DNA from: Arcobacteraceae bacterium
GTDB lineage: Bacteria; Campylobacterota; Campylobacteria; Campylobacterales; Arcobacteraceae
Length of the DNA: 64,000 nt
Reading direction: 5' to 3'
Assembly: GCA_963662945.1 (NCBI GenBank)
Contig: OY759974.1
Coordinates: 128,001-192,000, forward strand
Both the position numbers and the translations under genes were made by a program. The notes beneath the pieces were generated by a model. That model saw only the letters and a list, made by a program, of their open reading frames with translations, ran no database searches and was not told the origin of the DNA. Shown piece by piece: positions 20,702 through 32,123 of the stretch. How positions within the stretch are numbered: position 1 is the first letter of the stretch; the number at the start of each line of letters is the position of its first letter.

Positions 20702-21991
20702 TTGGTAAACAATAAATTTAATTATACCGATATTAGCGATGATTGTATTAAGTGTGGTAAATGTAAAACTGTATGTACAATTTTCAATGTAAATCAAGAT
20801 GAAACAACCTCTCCAAGAGGTTTTATAGACCTTCTTGGAGCTTATAAACGAGACGAGTTAGAACTAGATAGAACAGCAAAAGATATTTTTGAAAGTTGTT
20901 TTTTATGTACTAACTGTGTTGAAGCCTGTCCAAATGATTTACCAACAGATATGATAATAGAACAAGTTAGAAGTGATATTGCAAAAAAATATGGTATTGC
21001 GTGGTATAAAAGAGCTTTTTTCTTTTTATTAAGACATCGAAAAATTATGGATTTTATGGCAAAAATGGGATGGGTATTTCAAACTTGTGGTCTTAAAATC
21101 AATGCACAAAATCAAAGTGCTAAATTACGATTAAATTTACCTATTGAGATGATTAAAGATAGAAGTTTACCATTTGCAGATAAAAAATCATTTCTAAACG
21201 CAAATCCAGAAAATATAATTAATCATAATGAAGAAACGAAAGAACTCAAAAAAGTAGCTGTATTCATTGGATGTATGGGGAATTATGCCTACACAAACAT
21301 TGGGAAAAGCTTACTAAAAATTTTAGAAAAACTAGAAATAGATGCCTTTATACCTAAAAAACAACTTTGTTGTGGAGCACCTGCTTATTTTACTGGTGAT
21401 TTTGATACTGTTGATTATCTTATAAAGAAAAATATAGAATATTTTGAAACATTTATTGATGATGTTGATGCTATTATTATCCCAGAAGCAACCTGTAGTG
21501 CTATGATTAACACAGATTGGGTACATTTTCTGCATGATCAACCTGATTGGAAACAAAGAGCAGCTAAATTAGCACCTAAAGTAATTATGGCAACTAAATG
21601 GCTAGAAAATAATACAAAACTTGTAGAATTACTGAAAACTACAGGAAAAACTATGTCAGAAATAGTGACTTATCATGATCCTTGTCATGCTAAAAAGATG
21701 CAAGGTGTATTTAAAGAACCTAGAAATTTAATAGAACAAAACTATAAAATTGATGAAATGAGTGATCCAAATGAATGTTGTGGTTTTGGTGGTGTTACCA
21801 TGCAAAGTGAAAAATACCATATTGCAAAAGCAGTTGGTGTTAAAAAAGCAGCAATGATAAATAAAACAAAAGCAACTGTAGTAAGTGCTGAATGTAGCGC
21901 TTGTCGAATGCAAATTACAGATTCTCTTGGAAGAACAGATACTAATGTTGTTTTTAAAAATCCAATTGAACTTATTGCGGATGCTTTATAG
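20702..21991 (+). CDS. Fe-S oxidoreductase, GlcF-like (2x4Fe-4S plus CCG domains)
   Basis: CIKCGKCKTVC, CFLCTNCVEACP, CCGAP, YHDPCH, CCGFGG. Confidence 0.88.
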   Translation: MVNNKFNYTDISDDCIKCGKCKTVCTIFNVNQDETTSPRGFIDLLGAYKRDELELDRTAKDIFESCFLCTNCVEACPNDLPTDMIIEQVRSDIAKKYGIAWYKRAFFFLLRHRKIMDFMAKMGWVFQTCGLKINAQNQSAKLRLNLPIEMIKDRSLPFADKKSFLNANPENIINHNEETKELKKVAVFIGCMGNYAYTNIGKSLLKILEKLEIDAFIPKKQLCCGAPAYFTGDFDTVDYLIKKNIEYFETFIDDVDAIIIPEATCSAMINTDWVHFLHDQPDWKQRAAKLAPKVIMATKWLENNTKLVELLKTTGKTMSEIVTYHDPCHAKKMQGVFKEPRNLIEQNYKIDEMSDPNECCGFGGVTMQSEKYHIAKAVGVKKAAMINKTKATVVSAECSACRMQITDSLGRTDTNVVFKNPIELIADAL

Positions 21992-21993
21992 CA

Positions 21994-22821
21994 ATGGAAT
22001 ATTGGAACCATATTTACAGTAACTTTAATCCTGTAGCTTTTAGTCTATTTGATATAAATGTACACTGGTATGGAATTATGTATGCTTTAGCTTTATTAAC
22101 AGCTATATATGCAGCACATTGGCTAATAAAAAAAGACAATTTAGATATTTCAAGGGATAAATTGGACAGCTATATTTGGTGGGTTGAACTTGGTGTTATT
22201 CTTGGGGCTAGAATTGGTTATATTATTTTTTATGATCCAAATACCATCTATTATTTAACTCATCCTTGGCAGATATTTAATCCCTTTGGTGCAGATGGGA
22301 ATTTTGTAGGAATTTCTGGTATGAGTTATCATGGTGCTGTAATTGGATTTATTATCGCTTCTTATTTATTTTGTAAAAAAAATAAAATATCCTTTTTATT
22401 CATAACAGATATTGCTGTTATCGCAATATCTTTTGGTTATATGTTTGGAAGAATTGGAAACTTTTTAAATAAAGAACTCGTAGGACGAGTAACTGATGTA
22501 CCTTGGGGAATATATGTAGATGGGATTTTAAGACATCCTTCTGCACTTTATGAAGCATTTTTAGAAGGATTTTTAATCTTTATAATATTATTTATACTAA
22601 GAACAAAAAAACAATTTAATGGACAAATTGCTGTACTTTATCTTATTCTCTATTCTTTAATGAGAATTATCTCTGAACTCTTTAGACAGCCTGATATACA
22701 GTTAGGATTTTTATGGGGAACCCACTGGCTTACAATGGGAATGTTAATTTCATTTAGTTTTTCTATTCTTTGTAGTATTTTTTATTATTTTTTATTACAA
22801 AAGAATAAAGCTACTATCTAA
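21994..22821 (+). CDS. lgt: Prolipoprotein diacylglyceryl transferase
   Basis: HWYGIMY, LGARIGY, GMSYHG, GRIGNFLNKELVGR, RHPSALYE. Confidence 0.97.
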   Translation: MEYWNHIYSNFNPVAFSLFDINVHWYGIMYALALLTAIYAAHWLIKKDNLDISRDKLDSYIWWVELGVILGARIGYIIFYDPNTIYYLTHPWQIFNPFGADGNFVGISGMSYHGAVIGFIIASYLFCKKNKISFLFITDIAVIAISFGYMFGRIGNFLNKELVGRVTDVPWGIYVDGILRHPSALYEAFLEGFLIFIILFILRTKKQFNGQIAVLYLILYSLMRIISELFRQPDIQLGFLWGTHWLTMGMLISFSFSILCSIFYYFLLQKNKATI

Positions 22822-23083
22822 GATCAGGGTCATTTGTATACCCCATTCTTATAGCTTCATCTTCAATTTTATTTTTTAAAAGATCAAGTCTCCAATTATG
22901 TCTTGAAGCAAACTCTTCAATCTCTCTTTCTCTTTCTTCTTTACTGCAAAATACATAAATTCTTTTTAAAAATAATTTAGGTATCTGTATAGCTATAAGT
23001 TGAAAATAATTTTCCTTACAACTTCGTGAGCAAAATGCTTTACTCATAGCTATCTTTTTTTTGCAAAAAGGGCAATGTGACAT
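22814..23083 (-). CDS. Small Zn-ribbon protein (DUF2116-like)
   Basis: HCPFC...FCSRSC N-terminal Cys motif. Confidence 0.7.
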   Translation of the reverse strand: MSHCPFCKKKIAMSKAFCSRSCKENYFQLIAIQIPKLFLKRIYVFCSKEEREREIEEFASRHNWRLDLLKNKIEDEAIRMGYTNDPDLR

Positions 23084-23097
23084 ATCTTTTATTCCTT

Positions 23098-23292
23098 CTA
23101 CTTTTTCACTGGTACTAATTTGTAATACTCTGCATTTGTTACATCTTGCATATATTTTGGGTCTGTTTCATGTAGAGCTATTATTTGTATCTCTTGTTCA
23201 TACAGCAACCAACCTCTAGTTTCGTGATCTTCTAAAACACCTAAAGAAAACATTTCTACTAATTCATCTTTAGATACTATTTGTTCTTCCAT
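23098..23292 (-). CDS. Small hypothetical protein
   Basis: 64-aa ORF in an operon-like run with its neighbours. Confidence 0.6.
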   Translation of the reverse strand: MEEQIVSKDELVEMFSLGVLEDHETRGWLLYEQEIQIIALHETDPKYMQDVTNAEYYKLVPVKK

Positions 23293-23313
23293 TATATTTT
23301 TTCCAATTACTGT

Positions 23314-23982
23314 TTATTTTAGTGTATCTATTTGATACCCATTTGATGAGATATTTTTAATAATACCGTAATAAGTTTTATTTCTAATTTTATTAATAAT
23401 ATTCCTCATCGTAAAAATACTCATTTTTTTATCTTTCCAAACTTTTTCTTTGATTTCATCATAACTTGTTACTCTTGCATGATTCTGTAATAATAACTTT
23501 AATACTTGAAATTCAAATTTTGTAAAAGATATTTCACCTGATTTATCATAAAATCTTTCTCTATAAGAATCATAGTAAACACCTTGGTCTAAAGTTATTT
23601 TATCTACTCTTTTAGTTTGATTTAATGCCATAATAACTGAAAGCTTTAAATCAACAAAATCACAACTTGGAGAAAGTATTGAATACGCACCTGCATTTAT
23701 ACATTTAATAATGTTATTTTCAGACTGCTCTTCCAATATTACTATTTTAGGTAATGAAGGCTTTGATATTTTAGATTCATTCATAATTTCTAGTGAGGTT
23801 TCAAAATTAAAATCTACCAACAAAACATCATACAAAATATCTGAAAAATCTTCATGTATACTTTCTACAAATATTAAGTTCTTAACTTCACTTAAATTAG
23901 AATTGATATCTGATTTTAATTTAGCATTATTAGTAATACATAGGATATTCATATTACTTAATTTACGCAATTTTTTTATCAT
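23314..23982 (-). CDS. OmpR-family regulator with atypical receiver
   Basis: C-terminal winged helix (FTKFEFQVLKLL...IRNK...NGY); degenerate REC domain. Confidence 0.8.
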   Translation of the reverse strand: MIKKLRKLSNMNILCITNNAKLKSDINSNLSEVKNLIFVESIHEDFSDILYDVLLVDFNFETSLEIMNESKISKPSLPKIVILEEQSENNIIKCINAGAYSILSPSCDFVDLKLSVIMALNQTKRVDKITLDQGVYYDSYRERFYDKSGEISFTKFEFQVLKLLLQNHARVTSYDEIKEKVWKDKKMSIFTMRNIINKIRNKTYYGIIKNISSNGYQIDTLK

Positions 23983-24059
23983 ATTATCCTCACTAAAGTT
24001 ATTTTTTCGTTATTATATCAAAAAAAATTATTTTTGTCAAAGGGGCATAAATTAGATAA

Positions 24060-26786
24060 TTATTTTAACTCTGCCCAATTATTTCCTATAGAAACACTCA
24101 CTTTTAAAGGCACCTCTAAATCATAAATATTTTCCATTATATAAGTTATTTTATCATTTATAATATCTAACTTATCCTCTTTTACCTCAAATATAAGTTC
24201 ATCATGGATTTGTAATAACATTCTTAAATCTTCACTATTTTTATATTTCATATCAATTTTTATCATTGCTAATTTTATTAAATCAGCTGCACTTCCTTGA
24301 AAAACAGTATTAACAGACTCTCTTTCATAAGTAGCTTTCATCATCCCGTTTGCATTTTCAAAGTCAAATCTTCTTTTTCTTCCAAGTAATGTTTTTACAT
24401 AACCATTTTCCATAGCACTATCTTGAATAGTTTGTAAAAAATCTTTCACTGTAGAAAAATTTTCGAAATAACTATCTATATAAACTTTTGCTTCTTTTGC
24501 TGGAATACCTAGTTGTTCCCCTAGTTTTCTGCTTCCCATTCCATATAAAAGTCCAAAGTTAATTGACTTAGCTATATTTCTTTTTTGTGTAGCTTCTTCT
24601 TCACCAAAGATTTTTATAGCTGTTTGTAAATGAATATCCAAATCATTATTAAATGCCTCAAGAAGTGCCGGATCTTTTGAATAATGAGCTAATAATCGTA
24701 ACTCGATTTGTGAATAATCTATCCCTACAAGTTTATAACCATCTCTTGCAATAAATCCTTGCCTTATCTGTCTTCCAGCTTCTGTTCGTACAGGAATATT
24801 CTGTAAATTTGGATTTTTTGAACTCAATCTTCCAGTTGCTGTTCCTGTTTGTAAAAAAGATGTATAGATAATATTATCTTTGTTTTTACGCCCAAGTTCT
24901 AAAAGTGGTTCAATATAAGTAGAATGAAGTTTAAACGCTTCTCTATATTCTAAAAGTTTTGGGATAACTTCATGTTCATCTACAAGTTTTACTAATACTG
25001 CTTCATTAGTACTATATCCAGTAGCAGTTTTTTTAGGTGGAGTTAGTTTTAAAATTTCAAAAAGAACTATACTTAACTGTTTTGGAGAATTAATATTAAA
25101 TGTTTCTCCACTAAGAGCATATATCTCATTTGTAAGATTATTTAAATTCTCTTTACTTTTTTCTTGTAAATCTTTAAAAAACTCTACATCAACTTTAATA
25201 CCAATATTTTCCATATTATTTAATACACTAATAAATGGAAACTCTATTGTTTTTCCTATCTTATAAAGATACTCTTCATCATTTTGCTTAAAAATTTCTA
25301 ATAATTTATCATAAAGTTTTAATGTGATAAAAGCATCTTCTGCAGCATATTTACAAGCCTCTTCTATATTGACATTTGAAAAGTTTTCACCTTTTTTTAC
25401 CACATCTTTATAAGCTATTGTTTGATAATTATTTAAAAGTCTACTTGCTAATTTATCCATTCCAACAGGTTTATCACTATCAAGTAACCAAGCCATTATC
25501 ATAGTATCTGCTTCAAGTTTTAATTCTATATCAAAATTATTTTTTACAACTTGTTTATCGTACTTATAATTCTGTAAAATCAATTTATGATTATTTAACA
25601 TCTCTATAGCTTTTTTAGCATCATCAAGTGAAACTTGTTCTTCAACTCCTAAGTAAAAATGTCCGATAGGTACATAATATGCTTTTGTAGACTCATAACA
25701 AAAAGAAAAGCCTACGATATGTGCTTCATTTGTATCCAAAGCAGTTGTTTCAGTATCAAAGGCAACAAAAAAGTTATCAGGGATACTTTTAATTACTTCA
25801 AACATTTTAGAACTATCATTTAGTAAAATATACTGACAATCTAAAACTTCTTTTGGTTGTTCTACTACAATTGACTCATAGCCATCAGGAATGCTTGTTT
25901 TATAATTTAATCCATCTTTATGTACTTTATCAATAATTCTATGCATATCATAGTCTATAAGTGTGTTTGCTATTTTTAAAATTGGGTTTTCTTTTGGTAA
26001 TTCAATTTTTTCTAAATCTCCAAAACTATTTAAACAATGTGCATCATGATGTAATGTAACAAGTTGCTTACTAATATATGCCATCTCTTTACTTTCACTT
26101 AATAGCTTTTGCCATCTTGGTTTTTCTATATTGTCTAAATTAGCATAAATATTATCTAAGTCATTGTATTGCTGAATTAAAGCTTCAGCAGTTTTTGCAC
26201 CTATACCTTTTACTCCAGGTACATTATCAGCACTATCTCCCAAAAGCGACTGATAATCTATAAACTGTTTTGGATAAACACCATATTTTTTAAAACAATC
26301 TTCATCACTAATTATTTTCTTTTTCATAGGATCAAACATAAAAATACCATCACCTATAAGTTGATATAAATCTTTATCATGACTTACAATTCTTACATTT
26401 AAACCTAAATCTCTTCCATCAGTTGCAAGAGAAGCTATAATGTCATCTGCTTCATAACCAACTTTAGAAGCTGTAATAAAGCCCATTTTTTCTATAAAAT
26501 CAATAGCTACTGGTAACTGTGCTTTTAAATCTTCTGGCGCATCAGGACGATGTGATTTATATTCTTCATAAATATCTTTTCTAAAAGTATCTCCTTTACT
26601 ATCCAATGCAAAGATAAGATAATCAGTTTGAAAATCTTTCCCAATACCAGCTACAAAATTCATAAATCCAGTGAGCATACCTGTAGGGAAACCTGTTTTT
26701 GATTTTAATGGTGGAAGTGCAAAATAGCTTCTAAAAAGAAATCCAAACGTATCTATAATAGTTAATGTTTTTTTATTTTTATCCAT
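24060..26786 (-). CDS. polA: DNA polymerase I
   Basis: 5'-3' exo (EADDII, GDSADNVPGVKGIG), 3'-5' exo (DTETT), pol motifs (TGRLSSKNPNLQNIP, DYSQIELR, QIHDEL). Confidence 0.98.
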   Translation of the reverse strand: MDKNKKTLTIIDTFGFLFRSYFALPPLKSKTGFPTGMLTGFMNFVAGIGKDFQTDYLIFALDSKGDTFRKDIYEEYKSHRPDAPEDLKAQLPVAIDFIEKMGFITASKVGYEADDIIASLATDGRDLGLNVRIVSHDKDLYQLIGDGIFMFDPMKKKIISDEDCFKKYGVYPKQFIDYQSLLGDSADNVPGVKGIGAKTAEALIQQYNDLDNIYANLDNIEKPRWQKLLSESKEMAYISKQLVTLHHDAHCLNSFGDLEKIELPKENPILKIANTLIDYDMHRIIDKVHKDGLNYKTSIPDGYESIVVEQPKEVLDCQYILLNDSSKMFEVIKSIPDNFFVAFDTETTALDTNEAHIVGFSFCYESTKAYYVPIGHFYLGVEEQVSLDDAKKAIEMLNNHKLILQNYKYDKQVVKNNFDIELKLEADTMIMAWLLDSDKPVGMDKLASRLLNNYQTIAYKDVVKKGENFSNVNIEEACKYAAEDAFITLKLYDKLLEIFKQNDEEYLYKIGKTIEFPFISVLNNMENIGIKVDVEFFKDLQEKSKENLNNLTNEIYALSGETFNINSPKQLSIVLFEILKLTPPKKTATGYSTNEAVLVKLVDEHEVIPKLLEYREAFKLHSTYIEPLLELGRKNKDNIIYTSFLQTGTATGRLSSKNPNLQNIPVRTEAGRQIRQGFIARDGYKLVGIDYSQIELRLLAHYSKDPALLEAFNNDLDIHLQTAIKIFGEEEATQKRNIAKSINFGLLYGMGSRKLGEQLGIPAKEAKVYIDSYFENFSTVKDFLQTIQDSAMENGYVKTLLGRKRRFDFENANGMMKATYERESVNTVFQGSAADLIKLAMIKIDMKYKNSEDLRMLLQIHDELIFEVKEDKLDIINDKITYIMENIYDLEVPLKVSVSIGNNWAELK

Positions 26787-26801
26787 ATTATTCTCTCTTT
26801 A

Positions 26802-28220
26802 TTATTTTAAAATATCCTCTACTCTTTCGTTGAGTTGTTGAGTATTTTGTTTTTCTATTTTATTTTGAGTTAGTTTTTTTTCTAACTCTTTAGTATAATT
26901 ATTCTCTATATTTTTTAGTTGAGACAACTGTTGTGCTATATATGTTAAATCTTTTGATTTTGGAACTATATAGGGAGTTACAATTATAACTAAATTTATT
27001 TTATCTTCATAGTCATAATCACTTTTAAATAGACTACCTAAAAGAGGAATATCTCCTAAAAGTGGTACTTTATATTCACTGGTTTCAAGTTTATTTTTTA
27101 TCAAACCACCTATAATAACATTCTCTCCATTACTTACTATAGCAGTTGTTAATACCTCTTTTTTATTTGTATCAGGTATTGCATTTGTCGTTGTTGCAAG
27201 TTTAACATCTTCAATTACAGTTTTTATATCTAAAGTTACTTTATCATTTGAAGATAATCTGGGTTTAATAGTAAGTCTTAGTCCAATATCTTCTCTTTCA
27301 TAATTAGTAGTAGTTGTTGTACCTACAGTAGTTCCTGTAGGAATAGAGTGAGTCTCTCCCACATATATTGAACTTTCTTTATTATTGATACACAATATAG
27401 AGGGTTCGCTCACAACTTCTAAAGCCTTATTCTCTTTCAATAGATTTATAGTAGCACCCAATGCTATCGAACTTGTTAAAATTGCTGGACTATATCCATA
27501 TGTAGTAAGTTCTGTCAAACTTAAGGGCTTAACACCACCCAATGAATTTAATGAAGATGTGAAAGTATTCAAAGATGAACCTGTAGAATAAAAACCATTT
27601 AATCCATATTGTATTCCAAGATTTTGTGTTTTAGTTTCACTTATCTCTATTATTTTTGCTTCTACATATACCTGTTGTTGTTCAGTGTCGAGTTGCTTAA
27701 TAATTTTGTGGATAACTTCAATATGTTGTTGAGAACCATAAATGATCAATCTATTATTTTCTTCATCTAAAGATATATAAGGTTTTATCGTTGTATTTTC
27801 ACTTTGAATAATATCTTTTATAATTTTAACAACCAATTTAGATTCTAAGTTTTTGATTGGAATAACTTCAACCTGTAAAGAATTTTTATCATTAGTTTCA
27901 TTGTATTTGAATAAATTTTCATCCTTTACAACAAGAAAAATATCTTCTCTACGTAAAAGAGAAAAACCTTTTGATTGTAAATCATATTTTAAAACATCTA
28001 AAATATTTTTTTTATCAATACTTTTATTTGAAATATAATTAACTTTTCCTTCAACTTTTGATGTAATTAAAATATCTTTTTGAATAATTTTTGATGTAAT
28101 TTTTATAAAGTTTTCTATATCTAAGTTTTTAAAATTTATTTTTATTTCTTGATCTGCAAACAGATTGAGATGTACAAGTACTATGAAAATAATTACAAAG
28201 AAATATTGCAACCTCTTCAT
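26802..28220 (-). CDS. Secretin, GspD-like (short)
   Basis: N0-like INFKNLDI, QVYVEAKIIE, REDIGLRLTIKP, IIGGLI, KVPLLGDIPLLGSLF, IVTPYIV. Confidence 0.88.
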   Translation of the reverse strand: MKRLQYFFVIIFIVLVHLNLFADQEIKINFKNLDIENFIKITSKIIQKDILITSKVEGKVNYISNKSIDKKNILDVLKYDLQSKGFSLLRREDIFLVVKDENLFKYNETNDKNSLQVEVIPIKNLESKLVVKIIKDIIQSENTTIKPYISLDEENNRLIIYGSQQHIEVIHKIIKQLDTEQQQVYVEAKIIEISETKTQNLGIQYGLNGFYSTGSSLNTFTSSLNSLGGVKPLSLTELTTYGYSPAILTSSIALGATINLLKENKALEVVSEPSILCINNKESSIYVGETHSIPTGTTVGTTTTTNYEREDIGLRLTIKPRLSSNDKVTLDIKTVIEDVKLATTTNAIPDTNKKEVLTTAIVSNGENVIIGGLIKNKLETSEYKVPLLGDIPLLGSLFKSDYDYEDKINLVIIVTPYIVPKSKDLTYIAQQLSQLKNIENNYTKELEKKLTQNKIEKQNTQQLNERVEDILK

Positions 28221-28672
28221 CTAATCTTTTTCTTTCTTGATTTAGAAAGCACATAAATAGAAGATGGTCTTGATTCTTTAAATTCTTCATTAAAAACAAT
28301 AATATCGGCACTCTTTGTGGCAAAATCTTCATCAAAACTATTTTGCGTAAGATTTGCTGATGTTGAATACAATGTATGAAATTTTTTTAAAAAGGAATGA
28401 TGTCTTAAATCTTGACTAACCACTCTAAAAGCTTTTTTAGAAGGATAAATAAATGTTGTTTTAGAAGAGTTACGTACTGTTTTTCTAAAATTTTTAGGTA
28501 CCCTAATATTTTTTTGTAATGTTTGAAAACTATCTACAACCTGAAGGGTTTTTTTATTCAAGTCTCTTTGTTTTATCATTGAGAGTTTTTTATCATCAAA
28601 AGATAAAAAACCCACCGTGGTATCAGTTTGAGTTAAATATACTAAACTGCTATCCACTTTTTTCAAATCCAC
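28217..28672 (-). CDS. Sua5/YrdC-family protein (TsaC-like, short form)
   Basis: YLTQTDTTVGFLS, KQR, AFRVV, YSTSANL, PSSI. Confidence 0.8.
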   Translation of the reverse strand: MDLKKVDSSLVYLTQTDTTVGFLSFDDKKLSMIKQRDLNKKTLQVVDSFQTLQKNIRVPKNFRKTVRNSSKTTFIYPSKKAFRVVSQDLRHHSFLKKFHTLYSTSANLTQNSFDEDFATKSADIIVFNEEFKESRPSSIYVLSKSRKKKIR

Positions 28673-31600
28673 TTACGAAAGTTGAAGGAAATCTTGAATT
28701 GATTTTGGAGCAAAACCAGCAATATCTCTTTGTGATTCTATTGCTTCAACACTAGCAAGTGCACCTGCAACTGTTGTAAAGTATGGTACATTCATTCTTA
28801 AAACAGTTCTTCTTATTTGTTCCCCATCATCTTTACTTGATTCTTTTCCATCACTTGTGTTAATAGCCATAACAATCTCTTGATTCATTAAAGAATCCGT
28901 AATATTAGGTCGTCCTTCACTTACTTTTAAAACTTTTTCACAAGGTATCCCTGCTTCACTGATAATATCATAAGTTCCACCAGTAGCTACTATTTCAAAT
29001 CCTAAATTTTCAAGTCCTAATGCAATTTGTGGCGCGAACTCTTTATCTAAATCAGCTAAAGAGATAAATACTTTTCCACCTTTTTGAGGTAAAAAGTTTT
29101 TAGCAGCATTTTGTGCTTTTGCAAATGCTTTTCCAAAATCACTACTAATACCCATAACTTCACCTGTTGATTTCATCTCTGGCCCAAGAATTAAATCTGC
29201 ACCACTTAATTTGTTAAATGGGAAAACTGCTTCTTTTACTGCAACATGATTTTTTAACATTGGTTTTAAAAGATTTGGTGACTCTTCATTTGTTACATTC
29301 ACTATTTTTTCATCTTTATCATATGTTTTTAATGCTTCTCTTAAAGATTGACCATACATAACTCTTGTTGCAACTTTTGCAAGAGGAATACCTGTAGCTT
29401 TTGAAACAAAAGGAACAGTTCTAGAAGCTCTTGGATTAACTTCAATTAAGTAAATTTTACCATGATGAATAGCATATTGAGTATTCATTAATCCACAAAC
29501 ACCAAGTTCTAAAGCCATAGTTTTTGTTTTTTCTTCAACTTCTTTTAAAATTGCTTCACTTAAACTAACCGGCGGTAAACTACATGCACTATCTCCTGAG
29601 TGAATACCAGCTTCTTCAATATGTTGCATTATTCCACCAATATATACATCAGTTCCATCACTAATACAATCAACATCAAGCTCAATAGCTCTATCTAAGA
29701 ATTTATCAATCAATACTGGTGCATCATTTGAAACACTTACTGCTTCATCCATATACATTCTTAACTCAGTATCATTATAAACAATTCTCATACCTCTACC
29801 ACCAAGTACAAAAGAAGGACGTACTAGAACTGGATAAGATACTCTATTTGCAATCTCTAAAGCTTGTTCAAGTGTAACAGCAGTTCCATTATCTGGTTGT
29901 AAAAGTCCCGCTTTTTCAACGAATGTAGAAAATTTTTCTCTATCTTCAGCTAAATCAATAACTTCAGCAGTAGTCCCTATAATTTTTCCACCAAAATCAT
30001 GAATAGCATTTGCTAATTTTAAAGGAGTTTGTCCTCCAAAATGAACAATAATTCCATCTGGATTTTCTGTTTCTATTACACTTCTTACATGTTCGAAATC
30101 AATTGGTTCAAAATAAAGTATATCTGATGTATCATAATCTGTTGATACAGTTTCTGGATTACAGTTATACATAATTGTCTCAACACCCATCTCATTTAAA
30201 GCAAATGAAGCGTGACAACAACAATAATCAAATTCTATCCCTTGCCCTATTCTATTAGGTCCACCACCAATAATCATAACTTTTTTCTTATCTGATTCCA
30301 CTCTAGCTTTTTGTGGTAATGTTGAAATATTTGTTGTCGAATATAAGTATGGAGTAAGTGCTTTAAACTCAGCTGCACAAGTATCAACTTCATTATATTC
30401 AAAATTTACACCTAAAGCTTTTCTAGCTTCATATACTTCAACTTCTTTACAATTTATAAGTTTAGAAATCATTTTATCACTGAATCCAAAAGTTTTTGCT
30501 CTTCTTAAAAACTCAGCATCTTGGAGTGTTCTAGATTGTTTCTCAACAATTGCTAACTCCATATTATGAATCTCTCTAAACTGGTTTAAGAACCATGGAT
30601 CAATTTTTGATAATTCAAAAATATCTTCATCACTTAAACCTTCTCTCATACCTTGCATTAAATATATATATCTATCACAATTTGGTCTTCTAATCTCTTT
30701 TTTAATATGTTCTAAATCACCTTTAATTGGATCAAATCCACAAAGACCTGTTTCTAGTGAACATAATGCTTTTTGGAAAGATTCTTTAAATGTTCTTCCC
30801 ATAGACATAACTTCTCCAACAGATTTCATCCCTGTTGTAAGTGTAGAGTTTGCTTTTGGAAATTTTTCAAAAGTAAATCTTGGAATTTTTGTAACAACAT
30901 AATCAATAACTGGTTCAAAAGAAGCAGTTGTACCTGTAATATCATTTTCAATCTCATCAAGTGTAAAACCAACAGCAAGAAGTGTTGCAACTTTTGCGAT
31001 AGGATATCCTGTAGCTTTTGAAGCAAGCGCAGAAGATCTTGAAACTCTTGGATTCATCTCAATAACAATCATTCTTCCAGTTTTTGGATCTATTGAGAAT
31101 TGAACATTACTCCCACCTGTATCAACACCTATTTCTCTAAGAATTGCAAAAGATGCATTTCTCATATTTTGGTATTCTTTATCTGTAAGAGTAAGAGCAG
31201 GTGCTACAGTGATACTATCTCCTGTATGAACACCCATTGGGTCTACATTTTCAATTGAACACACGATGATACAGTTATCTTTTTTATCTCTGATAACTTC
31301 CATCTCATATTCTTTCCATCCAAGCATAGATTCCATAATCTCTATTTCATTGATTGGACTTGCATCAATACCTTCTTTTGCAAGTTTTTCAAACTCTTCC
31401 ATGTTGTAAGCAACACCACTTCCACCACCTGCAAGTGTAAAAGAGGCTCTACTAATAACAGGGAATCCAATTTCTTTTACAACTTTTATAGCTTCTTCAA
31501 CGCTGTAAGCATTTGCACTTTTAGGTAAATCCATACCAATTTTAATCATCGCTTCATTAAAAAGGTGTCTATCTTCCCCTTTTTTAATAGCATCTGGATG

Positions 31601-31948
31601 TGCTCCTAAAAACTCTATCCCCTCAAGCATCCCTTTATCATACATAGATGTAGCAACATTCAATGCTGTTTGTCCACCCATTGTTGGTAAAATAGCATCA
31701 ATTTTTTCTATCTCAATTATTTGTGCAATAGTATCTTCTGTAATTGGTTCAATATAAGTTTTGTCCGCAAACTCTGGGTCAGTCATAATAGTAGCTGGAT
31801 TTGAATTTATCAGTACAACTCTATATCCTAACTCTTTTAATGTTTTTGTAGCTTGTGTTCCTGAATAATCAAACTCACACGCTTGACCGATAATAATAGG
31901 ACCAGATCCTATAAGTAAAATAGACTTGATATCTTCTCTTTTTGGCAT
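28673..31948 (-). CDS. carB: Carbamoyl-phosphate synthase large subunit
   Basis: [24 protein letters not shown], duplicated ATP-grasp domains, MGS domain. Confidence 0.99.
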   Translation of the reverse strand: MPKREDIKSILLIGSGPIIIGQACEFDYSGTQATKTLKELGYRVVLINSNPATIMTDPEFADKTYIEPITEDTIAQIIEIEKIDAILPTMGGQTALNVATSMYDKGMLEGIEFLGAHPDAIKKGEDRHLFNEAMIKIGMDLPKSANAYSVEEAIKVVKEIGFPVISRASFTLAGGGSGVAYNMEEFEKLAKEGIDASPINEIEIMESMLGWKEYEMEVIRDKKDNCIIVCSIENVDPMGVHTGDSITVAPALTLTDKEYQNMRNASFAILREIGVDTGGSNVQFSIDPKTGRMIVIEMNPRVSRSSALASKATGYPIAKVATLLAVGFTLDEIENDITGTTASFEPVIDYVVTKIPRFTFEKFPKANSTLTTGMKSVGEVMSMGRTFKESFQKALCSLETGLCGFDPIKGDLEHIKKEIRRPNCDRYIYLMQGMREGLSDEDIFELSKIDPWFLNQFREIHNMELAIVEKQSRTLQDAEFLRRAKTFGFSDKMISKLINCKEVEVYEARKALGVNFEYNEVDTCAAEFKALTPYLYSTTNISTLPQKARVESDKKKVMIIGGGPNRIGQGIEFDYCCCHASFALNEMGVETIMYNCNPETVSTDYDTSDILYFEPIDFEHVRSVIETENPDGIIVHFGGQTPLKLANAIHDFGGKIIGTTAEVIDLAEDREKFSTFVEKAGLLQPDNGTAVTLEQALEIANRVSYPVLVRPSFVLGGRGMRIVYNDTELRMYMDEAVSVSNDAPVLIDKFLDRAIELDVDCISDGTDVYIGGIMQHIEEAGIHSGDSACSLPPVSLSEAILKEVEEKTKTMALELGVCGLMNTQYAIHHGKIYLIEVNPRASRTVPFVSKATGIPLAKVATRVMYGQSLREALKTYDKDEKIVNVTNEESPNLLKPMLKNHVAVKEAVFPFNKLSGADLILGPEMKSTGEVMGISSDFGKAFAKAQNAAKNFLPQKGGKVFISLADLDKEFAPQIALGLENLGFEIVATGGTYDIISEAGIPCEKVLKVSEGRPNITDSLMNQEIVMAINTSDGKESSKDDGEQIRRTVLRMNVPYFTTVAGALASVEAIESQRDIAGFAPKSIQDFLQLS

Positions 31949-32123
31949 TAACTTTCCTTGAATTTACTCTTTAAAAATTTGAAGATTATACCTATAATTT
32001 ACTTAAAAAACGATGAATAGATTTTGTACAATTTTCCTCATGAATCTATAAAAAAATTGTCTATTTAATACTTATCTAAAGGTTAGTCTAGTAGAATAAT
32101 TATATTAATACAAGGAATATTTT

